Shown here: positions 1 through 8,942 of the stretch, piece after piece
Layout: each line of letters opens with the position of its first letter
Numbering within the stretch: position 1 is the stretch's first letter
Source of the DNA: Saprospiraceae bacterium
GTDB taxonomy: Bacteria > Bacteroidota > Bacteroidia > Chitinophagales > Saprospiraceae
Direction: 5' to 3'
DNA length: 64,000 nt
NCBI GenBank assembly: GCA_965222005.1
Contig: OZ244935.1
Location: 5,458,639 to 5,522,638 of the forward strand
The notes under the pieces: generated by a model
What the model was told of the DNA's origin: nothing
What the model saw: the letters and a program-made list of their open reading frames with translations, nothing else
Databases searched by the model: none
Translations under genes and position numbers: made by a program

Positions 1-70
1 ACGCTCAAATAATTCTGAATTGCAAAAAAACGCAACCTACTTCTCTGATACCATGAAAATTGTATTCTGA

Positions 71-421
71 TTGGTGCTTAGCCTTAATAAACAATTCTAT
101 TGGAATATGCTAAAGAATAGTTTTATAACAATGATCTATATCGTAACAATATTCAATGTGTTACCTTTAAATATTACAGGAGGTGTTTCCCCTTATACGT
201 TTTTATGGAACACTGGAGCTACTTCCTCTACATTAACACATTTAAATCCCGGTTCCTATACTGTTAGTGTATCAGATGCTACAGGTTGTGTTTCTACTAA
301 AAGTATAGCTGTTTATAATGATATCGTCGTTCTCCCTGCTTTTGGGACTTGGGGCGATAATCTAGGAGGCTGTATCTTAACAGAATACTGCCCTGGAGAT
401 GAACTATCATGCATGGTATGA
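71..421 (+). pseudogene. Remnant of SprB-repeat (gliding-motility adhesin-like) protein, 5' truncated
   Basis: Translation contains one complete SprB-type repeat (GGVSPYTFLWNTGATSSTLTHLNPGSYTVSVSDATGCVSTKSIAVYN), the same repeat unit seen many times in the giant adhesins at 42-53 kb. Only 116 aa, no signal peptide, and it abuts the IS-rich region. Confidence 0.4.
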
Positions 422-470
422 GAATTAACAGAATTACTAGTAAAAGGGGGTTTGGGTAAAATACATATTA

Positions 471-1028
471 TTATTTTTTGAATATTAAAAAAGCAGGTAA
501 TTCGCTGTTGTTATTATATTCGATAGTATTGTAATACGCAGTAAAATGACTGATTTTCTGAATATTGCATTCCGCGGATTTTATTGTATAATATAATTGA
601 ATAGTATCTATATCTATGGGCATTGCTAAATTGTTAGAATCATTAAAATATAAATAATAAGTTTTTGAAAGAGAAAGGCCAATAGAATCTTGGTTTAAGT
701 TGGCGTCTAAAACGAAACTGATATTCCCGTTTGGCCTAATTAATAGATTGATAGGTCTTTGGCCATTACTTTCAATTAGATCAACAGAGTCAGGGAGATA
801 CCTACCTCCAACACTGCTAATGATACTTTCACTTGTCAATGAATCGACAATGATCATGACTATCTCCGTATCATATATTTGAAGAGGGTCATTGCAATTT
901 TTTTCAGAATTTGAACAATTAACAAATAGAAAAGCAATTAAATAAATTAGTAATTGTTTTTGCATGTTAGTAGTATAGTTTATTATATGAAAAAAATAGT
1001 TGAACTCAATGTTACTTACTTTATACAT
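471..1028 (-). CDS. Hypothetical lipoprotein
   Basis: N-terminal signal peptide with lipobox-like Cys (MQKQLLIYLIAFLFVNCSNSE). AT-rich. No recognisable domain. Confidence 0.35.
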   Translation of the reverse strand: MYKVSNIEFNYFFHIINYTTNMQKQLLIYLIAFLFVNCSNSEKNCNDPLQIYDTEIVMIIVDSLTSESIISSVGGRYLPDSVDLIESNGQRPINLLIRPNGNISFVLDANLNQDSIGLSLSKTYYLYFNDSNNLAMPIDIDTIQLYYTIKSAECNIQKISHFTAYYNTIEYNNNSELPAFLIFKK

Positions 1029-1200
1029 TTACCGATTGAAAAATAATTGGTGACAACGCCAGTTGTCAAAAAACCAACGAGGTTAATTTACTCAAAACAA
1101 AAAACAACCTGTTTCCATGTCTATAACGTGAATATATAACTTCTATTTTGTTTTTAATATGATAAATAAAGGCTAAAAGTGATTTCATTTGGTCAAGGAG

Positions 1201-2285
1201 CTAAAGAGCGCCAAAAGCGAATAAAATCATCCGTTTAAAATTTTCAGTATATCTGTAGCCTCTAGCGGCTCTTTTAATAAATTGAATTTTGGAGTTCATG
1301 CCTTCCAGTAATCCATTAGTTACGTTGGATTCTACGAAGTTAACAATGCCTCTAAAATGCTTATAAATGGATTTGCAAAGGCGATCCATGTTGAATAAAT
1401 CCTTAGTTCGGTCGGCCCAATAAGATAAAAAGCAGCAGCTTCATTACAATTGGGTTGAATCCAGAGTTGGTCTAGCTCTTTGAGATGATATTCAAGCAAT
1501 TGTTTATCTACTTTTTTAGATTTCCACAAAGGCTTAAAATATCTATTGATAAGTTGAACAACATGGAATCGGTCAAAAGTCATTCGAGCATCTGAAAAGT
1601 GAGTTTTGACTCCTGAAATAAAAGCAGGAGACATATCTATAGAAAACTCCTTTATAGAATGGATCGACTTGCCTAAAAGCTGAAGTTCTTTTGCGTATGC
1701 TGCAACTGCTTCAGATGACCGACCATCCTGAATATCAAGGATTTGTCCATTTTCTAAATTGACAAATAGGCTAATATAGGTATGTCCTTTTTTAGTAGAA
1801 GTCTCGTCTAGGCCTACTTTTTGAGCAAGCTCTGCTGCTCGTTGTTCATATCGATCTAAGGTGTAATGATCATAGATGGTACGAACTCGTTGAGGATAGA
1901 TCTTAAAGAACTTTGCCGTTGTTTTTTGACAATTCGTTAGACGAAGTAAGTCTAATACTTCTTGTTCAAACAACAGGGTAAAGCCACTCCCTTTACGAGA
2001 CCAGGGAACTTCTATAACTGCTGTTTTTCCAGTTCGCTTATCTAAAAAAACGGGTAAATTAGCTTTTAGGTAGCATGGGTATTGAAACATACTTAAATGC
2101 TGCCACGACTTTTCATACGAAGAATGTTTCGTGTGAAATCTACTTGGTCGGTAGTCCTTGTCAATTTCAATTGTGAATGTAACGCTTGATGTCTTTCCAT
2201 CAAGTTTTTTATGCTCTATTTGTCCTAAACTAAATGGGTACTCTAGACCTAAAGATTCTATCAATAATGAGTGAAGTATATCCAT
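1201..2285 (-). pseudogene. ISL3-family transposase, frameshifted (two overlapping ORFs 1332-2285 and 1201-1389)
   Basis: The 317-aa ORF has the ISL3 N-terminal and catalytic region. The 62-aa downstream ORF carries the ISL3 C-terminal signature (NGLLEGMNSKIQFIKRAARGYRYTENFKRMILF). The two are in different frames and overlap by 58 bp, which indicates a frameshift. Confidence 0.75.
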
Positions 2286-2318
2286 CTTTTTGATGGCTAA
2301 GTTCGCTCTCTATGTAAA

Positions 2319-2497
2319 ATCCGGCCATACTGACCCACCCATTTCGGAGTTGTTGACCCACCCCCAATTAGGGCAAATGTTAGTAACATTTCGGTCATAC
2401 TGACCCACCTAAGCTTGTTAGGAGGAGCCGTCATTCCGGCATATTGACCCCCTTGATTTGTTTTAGGCGACTGTCATTCCGGCGTACTGACCCGCCT
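2319..2497 (+). repeat. Subterminal direct repeats (putative IstA binding sites) of the outer IS21 left end
   Basis: Five copies of CCGG/TCGG-N6-8-TGACCCNCC (2321-2340, 2344-2363, 2391-2410, 2436-2452, 2479-2496). The same motif occurs inverted at 7562-7609. Confidence 0.65.
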
Positions 2498-2569
2498 TAT
2501 ATATAGTGGATACTTACGATTAAATAGCCATGTTCGCAGTTTTTTTCAAGCAAAAAAACGGTCAAGAAC

Positions 2570-3238
2570 ATGGGACAATTTAAACGTATGGATCAAGTAA
2601 GAACGATTATTAAAACCTATATCAGCACGAGTTCTCTTCGCGCCACAGCAAGTAGATTACAAGTTTCTAAAAACACAGTGAAGCATTATGTAAGACTTGG
2701 GAAAGCCTTTGATGAAGATCTTGCGCGAGTTCTTTCATTGGACGATTCCGCTTTCACTGCGGTGTTTTATCCCTCTAAAAATACAGTGGCTGAACAACGA
2801 AAAGAGGCTTTTAAAAGTAAGATTGATGATTGGATAAAAGAATTAAAACGAGTGGGTGTAACTCGCTATTTATTGTGGGAGGAGTACATCGAAGAACACC
2901 CAGATGGTTATAGTTACACTCAATTTTGTGAACACTTTAAACGCGAGATAGGACGACGAGATTTGACGATTAGCTTAGCGCACCAAGCAGGTAATGTCAT
3001 GCAAGTAGACTTCGCTGGAAAGAAAATGCGATGGGTAGATTTAACTACTGGAGAAGTTCATGAATGCGAAGTTTTGGTAGCGGTGATGCCACATAGTCAA
3101 TATACTTTTGCCATCGCACTTCCCTCTCAAAAGGTAGCTGACTTTATTTATGGATTAAATCAAGCGCTTCTTTTTTTCGGTAAACTACCTCAAGTTATTT
3201 TATCCGATAATCTAAAATCATATGTTAGTCGAGCTGAT
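2570..3238 (+). pseudogene. istA: IS21 transposase IstA, 5' portion (interrupted by the inner IS21 insertion)
   Basis: HTH plus the start of the DDE integrase domain. Alignable with the intact IstA at 3406-4959 (e.g. ILSDNLKS vs VVDNLKS). The reading frame continues exactly at 5812 after the insertion. Confidence 0.8.
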
Positions 3239-3405
3239 TGGCTAAACCGGAGCAAAATGTGCCACCAAAACCGGTGAAAATGTGCCACTGATTCCGGAGC
3301 AAGTTGTGCCAAAAAAACCAGCTGACCGGAGCAAAATGTGCCACTTTAGTTAAAAGAGTCGATTTCTATTCGGTGTTTTACTGAAAAATAAAACAGTAAA
3401 ACACT

Positions 3406-4959
3406 ATGGCGAACCAACGAATAGGGATCATGCAAATCAGACAATTATTACAACTCAAAATTCGAGGCGAGAGCAACCGGAGCATCAGCCGGTTGTTAGG
3501 TATTCATCGCAATACGATCAATGAATACGTACGCCTGTTAAAAGCCACAGGCCGGTCATATGAAGTACTTGGACAGTTAGATGACCGATCACTGGAAGAG
3601 TTGTTTCCGGGCGTTAGCACGACGGATAAAGATCGTTATCAGACTTTGAGTAGCTACTTTCCTTATTTTCGTAAAGAGCTCAAAAAGGTAGGTTGTACGC
3701 GTCTTACCTTATGGAGGGAGTATCTAAGCCGTCACCCCGACGGATATCGCTCTTCCCAGTTTAACGAACACTTGAACCGTTGGCTTCAACAAGTGGACGG
3801 CTCAGGAAAACTGGTGCATAAAGCCGGAGATAAACTATATGTAGATTATACCGGCAAGAAGTTATTTTTCGTAGATATGGAGACTGGAGAACAAATCGAG
3901 GTGGAGGTATTTGTAGCCACCTTGCCTTGTAGTGGGTATACTTATGTGGAAGCGACCCCTTCTCAGAAAGGGGAAGATTTTATTGACTCGATGAACAACT
4001 GCCTGAAGTTTATGGGAGGTGTCCCCAGGAGTATTGTGGTGGATAATCTCAAATCGGCAGTTACCAAGGGCAGTAAATATGAACCGGTTTTGAACAAGAC
4101 ATTTTCAGATTTTGCACTGCATTACGGTTGTTCGATTAATCCTACTCGAACGTATTGTCCACAAGACAAAGCATTGGTAGAAAATGCCGTCAAGCTGGTA
4201 TACCAACGTATTTTTTATCCCCTCTCCAAACAGATCTTTTTCTCTTTAACAGAGTTGAATAAAGCCATTGCTGAGTTGTTGGAAGACTATAATGACCGAA
4301 TGTTCAGTCAGATAAAGCTGACTCGCCGTCAGCAGTTTCATGATATTGAAAAAGAGGAGCTCTTACCACTTGCCGCCCAGCCTTACGAACTTAGGTACTA
4401 TAAAATAGCAACCGTACAAAAAATGGGACATGTCTACTTATCCGCCGACAGGCACTACTACAGCGTCCCCCATCGATTTATTGGTAAAAAGGTAGAGGTG
4501 CAATACAACACCAAAACGGTAGAGGTCTTCTATGCTAAAGAACGTATCGCCACTCACAGAAGAGACCCTCGCCCCGGGCGCTATACCACCATCAGTAAAC
4601 ACATGAAAAGCACCCATCGATTTTACAACGACTGGTCGCCGGAGTTCTTTCAAAAATGGGCCCGCAAATACGGTGAGGATGTAGAATATTACATCAAAGG
4701 ATTGATCCAACAAGCGACCTATCCCGAAGTAGCTTACAAGCAGTGCATGGGCATTTTGCAATTGGTCAAGGATTATCCTGTCGACCGGCTTCAAAGTGCT
4801 GTTATTCGCGCTCGTCAATATCCCTACTTCAGTTATAGTACCGTTAGGGATATTTTGAAAAACAATATGGACCTGGAGCAGGATCTGTTCCAGGCCACAA
4901 CCAAGACAACAACCATCCCGGAACATGACAATATCCGAGGCAGTCAATATTACACTTAA
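3406..4959 (+). CDS. istA: IS21-family transposase IstA (intact, 517 aa)
   Basis: N-terminal HTH, central DDE integrase core and C-terminal IS21 domain. Full length with a plausible start. Confidence 0.9.
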   Translation: MANQRIGIMQIRQLLQLKIRGESNRSISRLLGIHRNTINEYVRLLKATGRSYEVLGQLDDRSLEELFPGVSTTDKDRYQTLSSYFPYFRKELKKVGCTRLTLWREYLSRHPDGYRSSQFNEHLNRWLQQVDGSGKLVHKAGDKLYVDYTGKKLFFVDMETGEQIEVEVFVATLPCSGYTYVEATPSQKGEDFIDSMNNCLKFMGGVPRSIVVDNLKSAVTKGSKYEPVLNKTFSDFALHYGCSINPTRTYCPQDKALVENAVKLVYQRIFYPLSKQIFFSLTELNKAIAELLEDYNDRMFSQIKLTRRQQFHDIEKEELLPLAAQPYELRYYKIATVQKMGHVYLSADRHYYSVPHRFIGKKVEVQYNTKTVEVFYAKERIATHRRDPRPGRYTTISKHMKSTHRFYNDWSPEFFQKWARKYGEDVEYYIKGLIQQATYPEVAYKQCMGILQLVKDYPVDRLQSAVIRARQYPYFSYSTVRDILKNNMDLEQDLFQATTKTTTIPEHDNIRGSQYYT

Positions 4960-4981
4960 ACCTTTCTAAAAATTTACAACA

Positions 4982-5719
4982 ATGAATACACAAACCACAG
5001 TAGAAAAGCTAAAAACAATGCGACTCAAAGGCATGGCCCATATCCATCACCTCAGTATGCAAGACAACCTTTACCAGGACTATACCCTGGATCAGTACAC
5101 TGCTCTGCTGGCTGACCAGGAATGGGAATACCGGCAAAACCGGAAAATGGAGAATCTGATCAAACGAGCTCACTTCCGCTCCGGTGCCGCCATTGCCAAT
5201 GTCGATTTTACCACTCCTCGCGGACTGGACAAAAATTACTTCAACCGACTGGCCACTTTGGACTTTATTCAGAAACACCAAAATCTGATTATCATCGGTC
5301 CCACCGGAACGGGCAAGACCTACCTGGCTCAAGCCCTCGGACATCAGGCTTGTATACAACTACACAAAACCCAATACTACACCATGAGTAATTTATCCGA
5401 TCAGGTCAGACTGGCCAAAATTGAAGGCAACTACCAACGGCTAATCAAAACGATCAAACAAACCGCTTTACTCATTATCGATGATTTTGGTCTCAGCGAA
5501 ATAGATAATATCATCAGGCAGGCGCTCATGGATATTGTCGAATACAAGTACGACCAATCATCCATTATCATCACTTCTCAAATCCCTGTGGGCAAATGGC
5601 ATGAATTGATTGGTGAGGGCACTATTGCCGATGCTATCCTGGATAGATTGGTGCATTCTTCACATAGAATCACTCTCTCGGGAGAGTCTATGCGCAAGGC
5701 AAAAGGAGTAAACAGCTAA
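4982..5719 (+). CDS. istB: IS21-family helper ATPase IstB
   Basis: Walker A GPTGTGKT and Walker B LLIIDDFG. 245 aa, immediately downstream of istA. Confidence 0.9.
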   Translation: MNTQTTVEKLKTMRLKGMAHIHHLSMQDNLYQDYTLDQYTALLADQEWEYRQNRKMENLIKRAHFRSGAAIANVDFTTPRGLDKNYFNRLATLDFIQKHQNLIIIGPTGTGKTYLAQALGHQACIQLHKTQYYTMSNLSDQVRLAKIEGNYQRLIKTIKQTALLIIDDFGLSEIDNIIRQALMDIVEYKYDQSSIIITSQIPVGKWHELIGEGTIADAILDRLVHSSHRITLSGESMRKAKGVNS

Positions 5720-5811
5720 TATTTTTTAACTTTGAGAATAGATTATCGACTCTTCACAACCGTGGCACAGTTTGCTCCGGAAACCGTGGCACAAGTTTAC
5801 CGGAATATACA

Positions 5812-6714
5812 GCTGATAAATACGAACCTACTTTTAATGAATTATGTGTACAATTAGCTGCACATTATCAGCTCGATTTAAGTGCCACTCGCGTTGGAAA
5901 ACCCAAAGATAAAGCGAGTGTAGAAAACATGGTGAATACGGTTTACAGACGCATTTATGCTCCATTGAGAAACGAGACTTTTCATAGTATAGAGGAGTTA
6001 AATGCAGCAATCACAGAGCAGCTAAGCCAACATAATAATAAACCCTATCAACAAAAACAAGGTACACGCAAAAGTGTTTTTGAAGCTTTTGAATTGCCTG
6101 TAATGAGATCACTCCCTTGTGATCTGTTTGAACTTAAAAAGACCATCACACCTCAAGTTAGAAGGAACTATCATGTTTTTCTAGGAGAGGACAAAGCTTT
6201 TTACTCTGTCCCTTTTCAATATGCAAAACAACAAGCGACCGTCATTTACACCTCAAAAAATGTAGAGGTATATATTGATAATCAACGGGTTGCAACTCAC
6301 AAGCGAGTTTACTACACCGGGTCACAACAGTACCAGACAAAAATGGAACATATGCCTCGGTCGCACAGGGAGTGGAAAAAAGCAAAAGGCTTTGATGCCG
6401 CTTATTTTCTTAGTCAGGCTGAGCAAATAGGTCCTGCTACTCGCTGGGCTATCCAGCATATTCTACTCTCCAGAATCCATGAAGCCCAATCTTATGGTAG
6501 CTGCCAAGGTATTTTAGGTTTTGCAAAAAAGTATAATTCTGAACGTTTGGAGCGAGCTGCTCTTCGTTGCCAAAAAGCAGATAAGGCAAGCTATTACATG
6601 ATCAAAAATATCTTAGTTCGAAAACTCGACACCGTTGATGATCAACTTGAATTATTTGACTCACTCACAATAGGGGAACACGAAAATATAAGAGGCCCTG
6701 AGGCTTATCAATAG
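5812..6714 (+). pseudogene. istA: IS21 transposase IstA, 3' portion of the outer copy
   Basis: Continues the 2570-3238 frame (KYEPTFNELCVQLAAHYQLDLSATRVGKPKDKASVENMVNTVYRRIY...). Homologous to the C-terminal half of the inner IstA. Confidence 0.8.
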
Positions 6715-6801
6715 GTATCTATTGAACTCAATAACATTTATTTTTTAACTACTCCCTTAGATAATATAAAATTATAAAGGGATATAAAACAATCAATAAT
6801 T

Positions 6802-7536
6802 ATGAAAAACGGATCTCTGGAAATTATGAGAATGCTAAAATTAACAGGCATGGCGGATGCTTACGAGGCAGCTCTTGGATTACCAATCAACCAGCAAGCA
6901 GACGCACATGAAATGATTGCCAATCTGATTGATGCAGAAAAACAGCATCGTTGGCACAAGCGAATGAAAATGTTTTTAAGACTCTCCAAACTTCGTTATC
7001 AAGCCAACATTCAAGACATCGATTGTTCTAAAACAAGAAATCTCTCCAAGGAAAAATTAATGCTCCTTGCAGACTGTGCTTACCTCGACCGAGGAGAAAA
7101 TGTTTTGATTACCGGCGCCACTGGTTGTGGTAAATCATACCTGGCTTGCGCTTTAGGAAATAACGCTTGTGTCAATGGATACCGAACACTTTACTTTAAC
7201 ATGAATCGATTCACCGAACAGATCGCTTTAGCCAAAACAGACGGCACCTTAATCAAGTGGATGGACAGATTAAAAAAAGCTAAACTCATCATCTTTGATG
7301 ACTTTGGATTACAACCCATCACACATCAGGTAAAGTTAATCTTGTTACAGATTTTGGAAGACCGTTACGAAAACGCCGCTACTATTATTTGCTCTCAACT
7401 GCCAGTGAGTAAATGGCACCAATATTTTAATGAACCAACTTTGGCAGATGCCATCCTTGACCGGATCGTCCCCAAAGCACATCGAATAGAATTAAAAGGA
7501 AAAAGTTTAAGGAAACCTATAAATCAACTATCTTAG
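6802..7536 (+). CDS. istB: IS21-family helper ATPase IstB (outer copy)
   Basis: Walker A GATGCGKS and Walker B LIIFDDFG. 244 aa. Confidence 0.85.
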   Translation: MKNGSLEIMRMLKLTGMADAYEAALGLPINQQADAHEMIANLIDAEKQHRWHKRMKMFLRLSKLRYQANIQDIDCSKTRNLSKEKLMLLADCAYLDRGENVLITGATGCGKSYLACALGNNACVNGYRTLYFNMNRFTEQIALAKTDGTLIKWMDRLKKAKLIIFDDFGLQPITHQVKLILLQILEDRYENAATIICSQLPVSKWHQYFNEPTLADAILDRIVPKAHRIELKGKSLRKPINQLS

Positions 7537-7634
7537 CATCATTGAAATCGTAAGTTATCCACATGGGTCAATGACTCCGAAATGGGTGGGTCAGCAACTC
7601 CGGAATTTGCACTCTCTATACTTTTTTAACCAAG

Positions 7635-7795
7635 AACTGATTTAAACTATTGTATTGTTGTTGAGGCTTGGCCATTGTAGGTTCTGGCGATTTCTCTTTT
7701 TGAGTGCGTACCTGTATGGTACGGACGATAAAAGGAAAGAAGTCAGGTTCTATAAGGGCTGGAGCTGCAAACCATTAGAAAAGTTTAAATCAGTT
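7635..7795. repeat. MITE-like 161-bp element, copy 1 (13-bp perfect terminal inverted repeats AACTGATTTAAAC / GTTTAAATCAGTT)
   Basis: Identical to copy 2 apart from a single T/C difference. Bounded by perfect 13-bp terminal inverted repeats. No coding capacity. Confidence 0.6.
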
Positions 7796-8010
7796 CCAAA
7801 TGGATTCATTTTGAACCAAATAATTTTACTCTTTTTCCAAATAAAAAGATTTTACAATTTGTTGGTGTGACAATTTTGCCCAAATATGCCTCGTACAAAT
7901 CTACTGTAGGAAATATCATTGATGCAAAAGGAAAAGGGTTTGAATTAGAAATAGGATTATCACTCGGAATCATCAAGTTAAAACTTGAGAAAGTTTTAAT
8001 TAGCTTATAG

Positions 8011-8171
8011 AACTGATTTAAACTATTGTATTGTTGTTGAGGCTTGGCCATTGTAGGTTCTGGCGATTTCTCTTTTTGAGTGCGTACCTGTATGGTACGG
8101 ACGATAAAAGGAAAGAAGTCAGGTTCTATAAGGGCTGGAGCCGCAAACCATTAGAAAAGTTTAAATCAGTT
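8011..8171. repeat. MITE-like 161-bp element, copy 2
   Basis: Same as copy 1. The two copies are in direct orientation, separated by 215 bp of AT-rich sequence. Confidence 0.6.
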
Positions 8172-8231
8172 CATATGGAGAATATGGATATTACTTTACT
8201 TCGTTAGAGAAAATCCCAACATGTTCCCATA

Positions 8232-8639
8232 TCAGCGGCTTTTTGAGCTGGGCGGATTTTTCATCACGAATCGCTTGCCGTCAATCAATTTGAGCAGATC
8301 ATAAGAAGTGATAATGCCAATCAATTTTTGCTCATGCGTCACCAGCAGGTGGTGGATTTTGTGTTTGCGCATCACTTTGGCTGCTACGGAAACATCATTG
8401 TAAGCCGGAATTTTATACACATGCCCCCCGCTTAAAAGCGTGCTGACGGGTGCCCTATCATTCAAAGGCTTTTTAAAGTCGTTGGAGGTGACAATACCGA
8501 TGGGCTCCTCTTCGCTATTTACTACAGGCACTGCACTGATCTTGTTTTTTTCCATCATCGATTTAACGTGCCCGATTGTTTTGTGTGGCTCGGTGGTGAG
8601 GACATTTTTGACCATCAGGTCTGCAATTTTCAGGTTCAT
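8232..8639 (-). CDS. CBS-pair domain protein
   Basis: Two tandem CBS motifs (…ISAVPVVNSEEEPIGIVTSNDF… and …IHHLLVTHEQKLIGIITSYDLL…). 135 aa. Confidence 0.8.
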   Translation of the reverse strand: MNLKIADLMVKNVLTTEPHKTIGHVKSMMEKNKISAVPVVNSEEEPIGIVTSNDFKKPLNDRAPVSTLLSGGHVYKIPAYNDVSVAAKVMRKHKIHHLLVTHEQKLIGIITSYDLLKLIDGKRFVMKNPPSSKSR

Positions 8640-8942
8640 GATTTAGTATTGTGGTGAGTAAATTTGCAAAAATCATTGCCCCAATAAGTAAGGGCAAAAG
8701 ATCAGCATCAAATGGATTGGAGCGTGTTTGGAATTTACCCTTCGGCGCATTAGTGCAAAAGCAATTTCCAAACACGCTCTTAGTTATTCTTTCAACGTTA
8801 CTAAGTACTGAAAATACATTCGCACTTTGTATGATACAAATCATCGTAAGGGCTGAGATCGGTCAGGTTTTGAAAGGCAAGAGGCGCAATCCCCTTTGCT
8901 GGAATTGCGCCTCTTGCTATCAAATAATAGCTCACCGGATTT

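Larger units (their letters stand above)
3239..5811 (+). mobile_element. IS21-family element (inner copy, intact) inserted into the outer istA
   Basis: 2573 bp, 5'-TG...CA-3' ends. 6-bp target-site duplication GCTGAT (3233-3238 and 5812-5817). Removing the element restores the outer IstA frame (..SRAD|KYEP..). Terminal repeats CCGGAGCAAAATGTGCCAC occur four times at the left end (3247-3344) and twice inverted at the right end (5762-5803). Confidence 0.85.
2313..7611 (+). mobile_element. IS21-family element (outer copy), disrupted by a nested IS21
   Basis: Starts 5'-TG and ends CA-3'. It is flanked by a 7-bp direct repeat CTCTCTA (2306-2312 and 7612-7618). Terminal inverted repeats of about 45 bp (2313-2363 vs reverse complement of 7562-7611: ...CCGG..TGACCCACCCATTTCGGAGT..TTGACCCA). 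Multiple subterminal direct repeats are typical of IS21. Carries split istA plus istB. Confidence 0.8.
1189..7634 (-). mobile_element. ISL3-family IS element (approximate ends) carrying nested IS21 insertions in its left inverted repeat
   Basis: ISL3 transposase at 1201-2285. An imperfect inverted repeat GGTCAAGGAGCTAAAGAGCG (1191-1212) matches the reverse complement of the reconstituted sequence split by the IS21 insertion (2291-2312 plus 7619-7634: ...CGCTCTCTA|TACTTTTTTAACC). End assignment is approximate. Confidence 0.4.

Noticed and set aside
71-421. Intact small SprB-domain gene at the window start
   Set aside because: A single repeat unit of a protein family that otherwise occurs as giant multi-repeat proteins. 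It has no signal peptide and borders the IS graveyard. It was treated as a truncated remnant rather than a functional gene.
3247-3344. Possible CRISPR-like short repeat cluster (CCGGAGCAAAATGTGCCAC x4, also 2319-2497)
   Set aside because: The repeats are imperfect and irregularly spaced. They are mirrored as inverted copies at the other end of an istA-istB unit. These are IS21 multiple terminal repeats, not a CRISPR array.
7655-8051. Small ORFs 7655-7870 (+) and 7806-8051 (-) between and over the MITE-like copies
   Set aside because: They overlap the repeated non-coding elements and AT-rich spacer. There is no domain or conservation evidence, so they are most likely non-coding.
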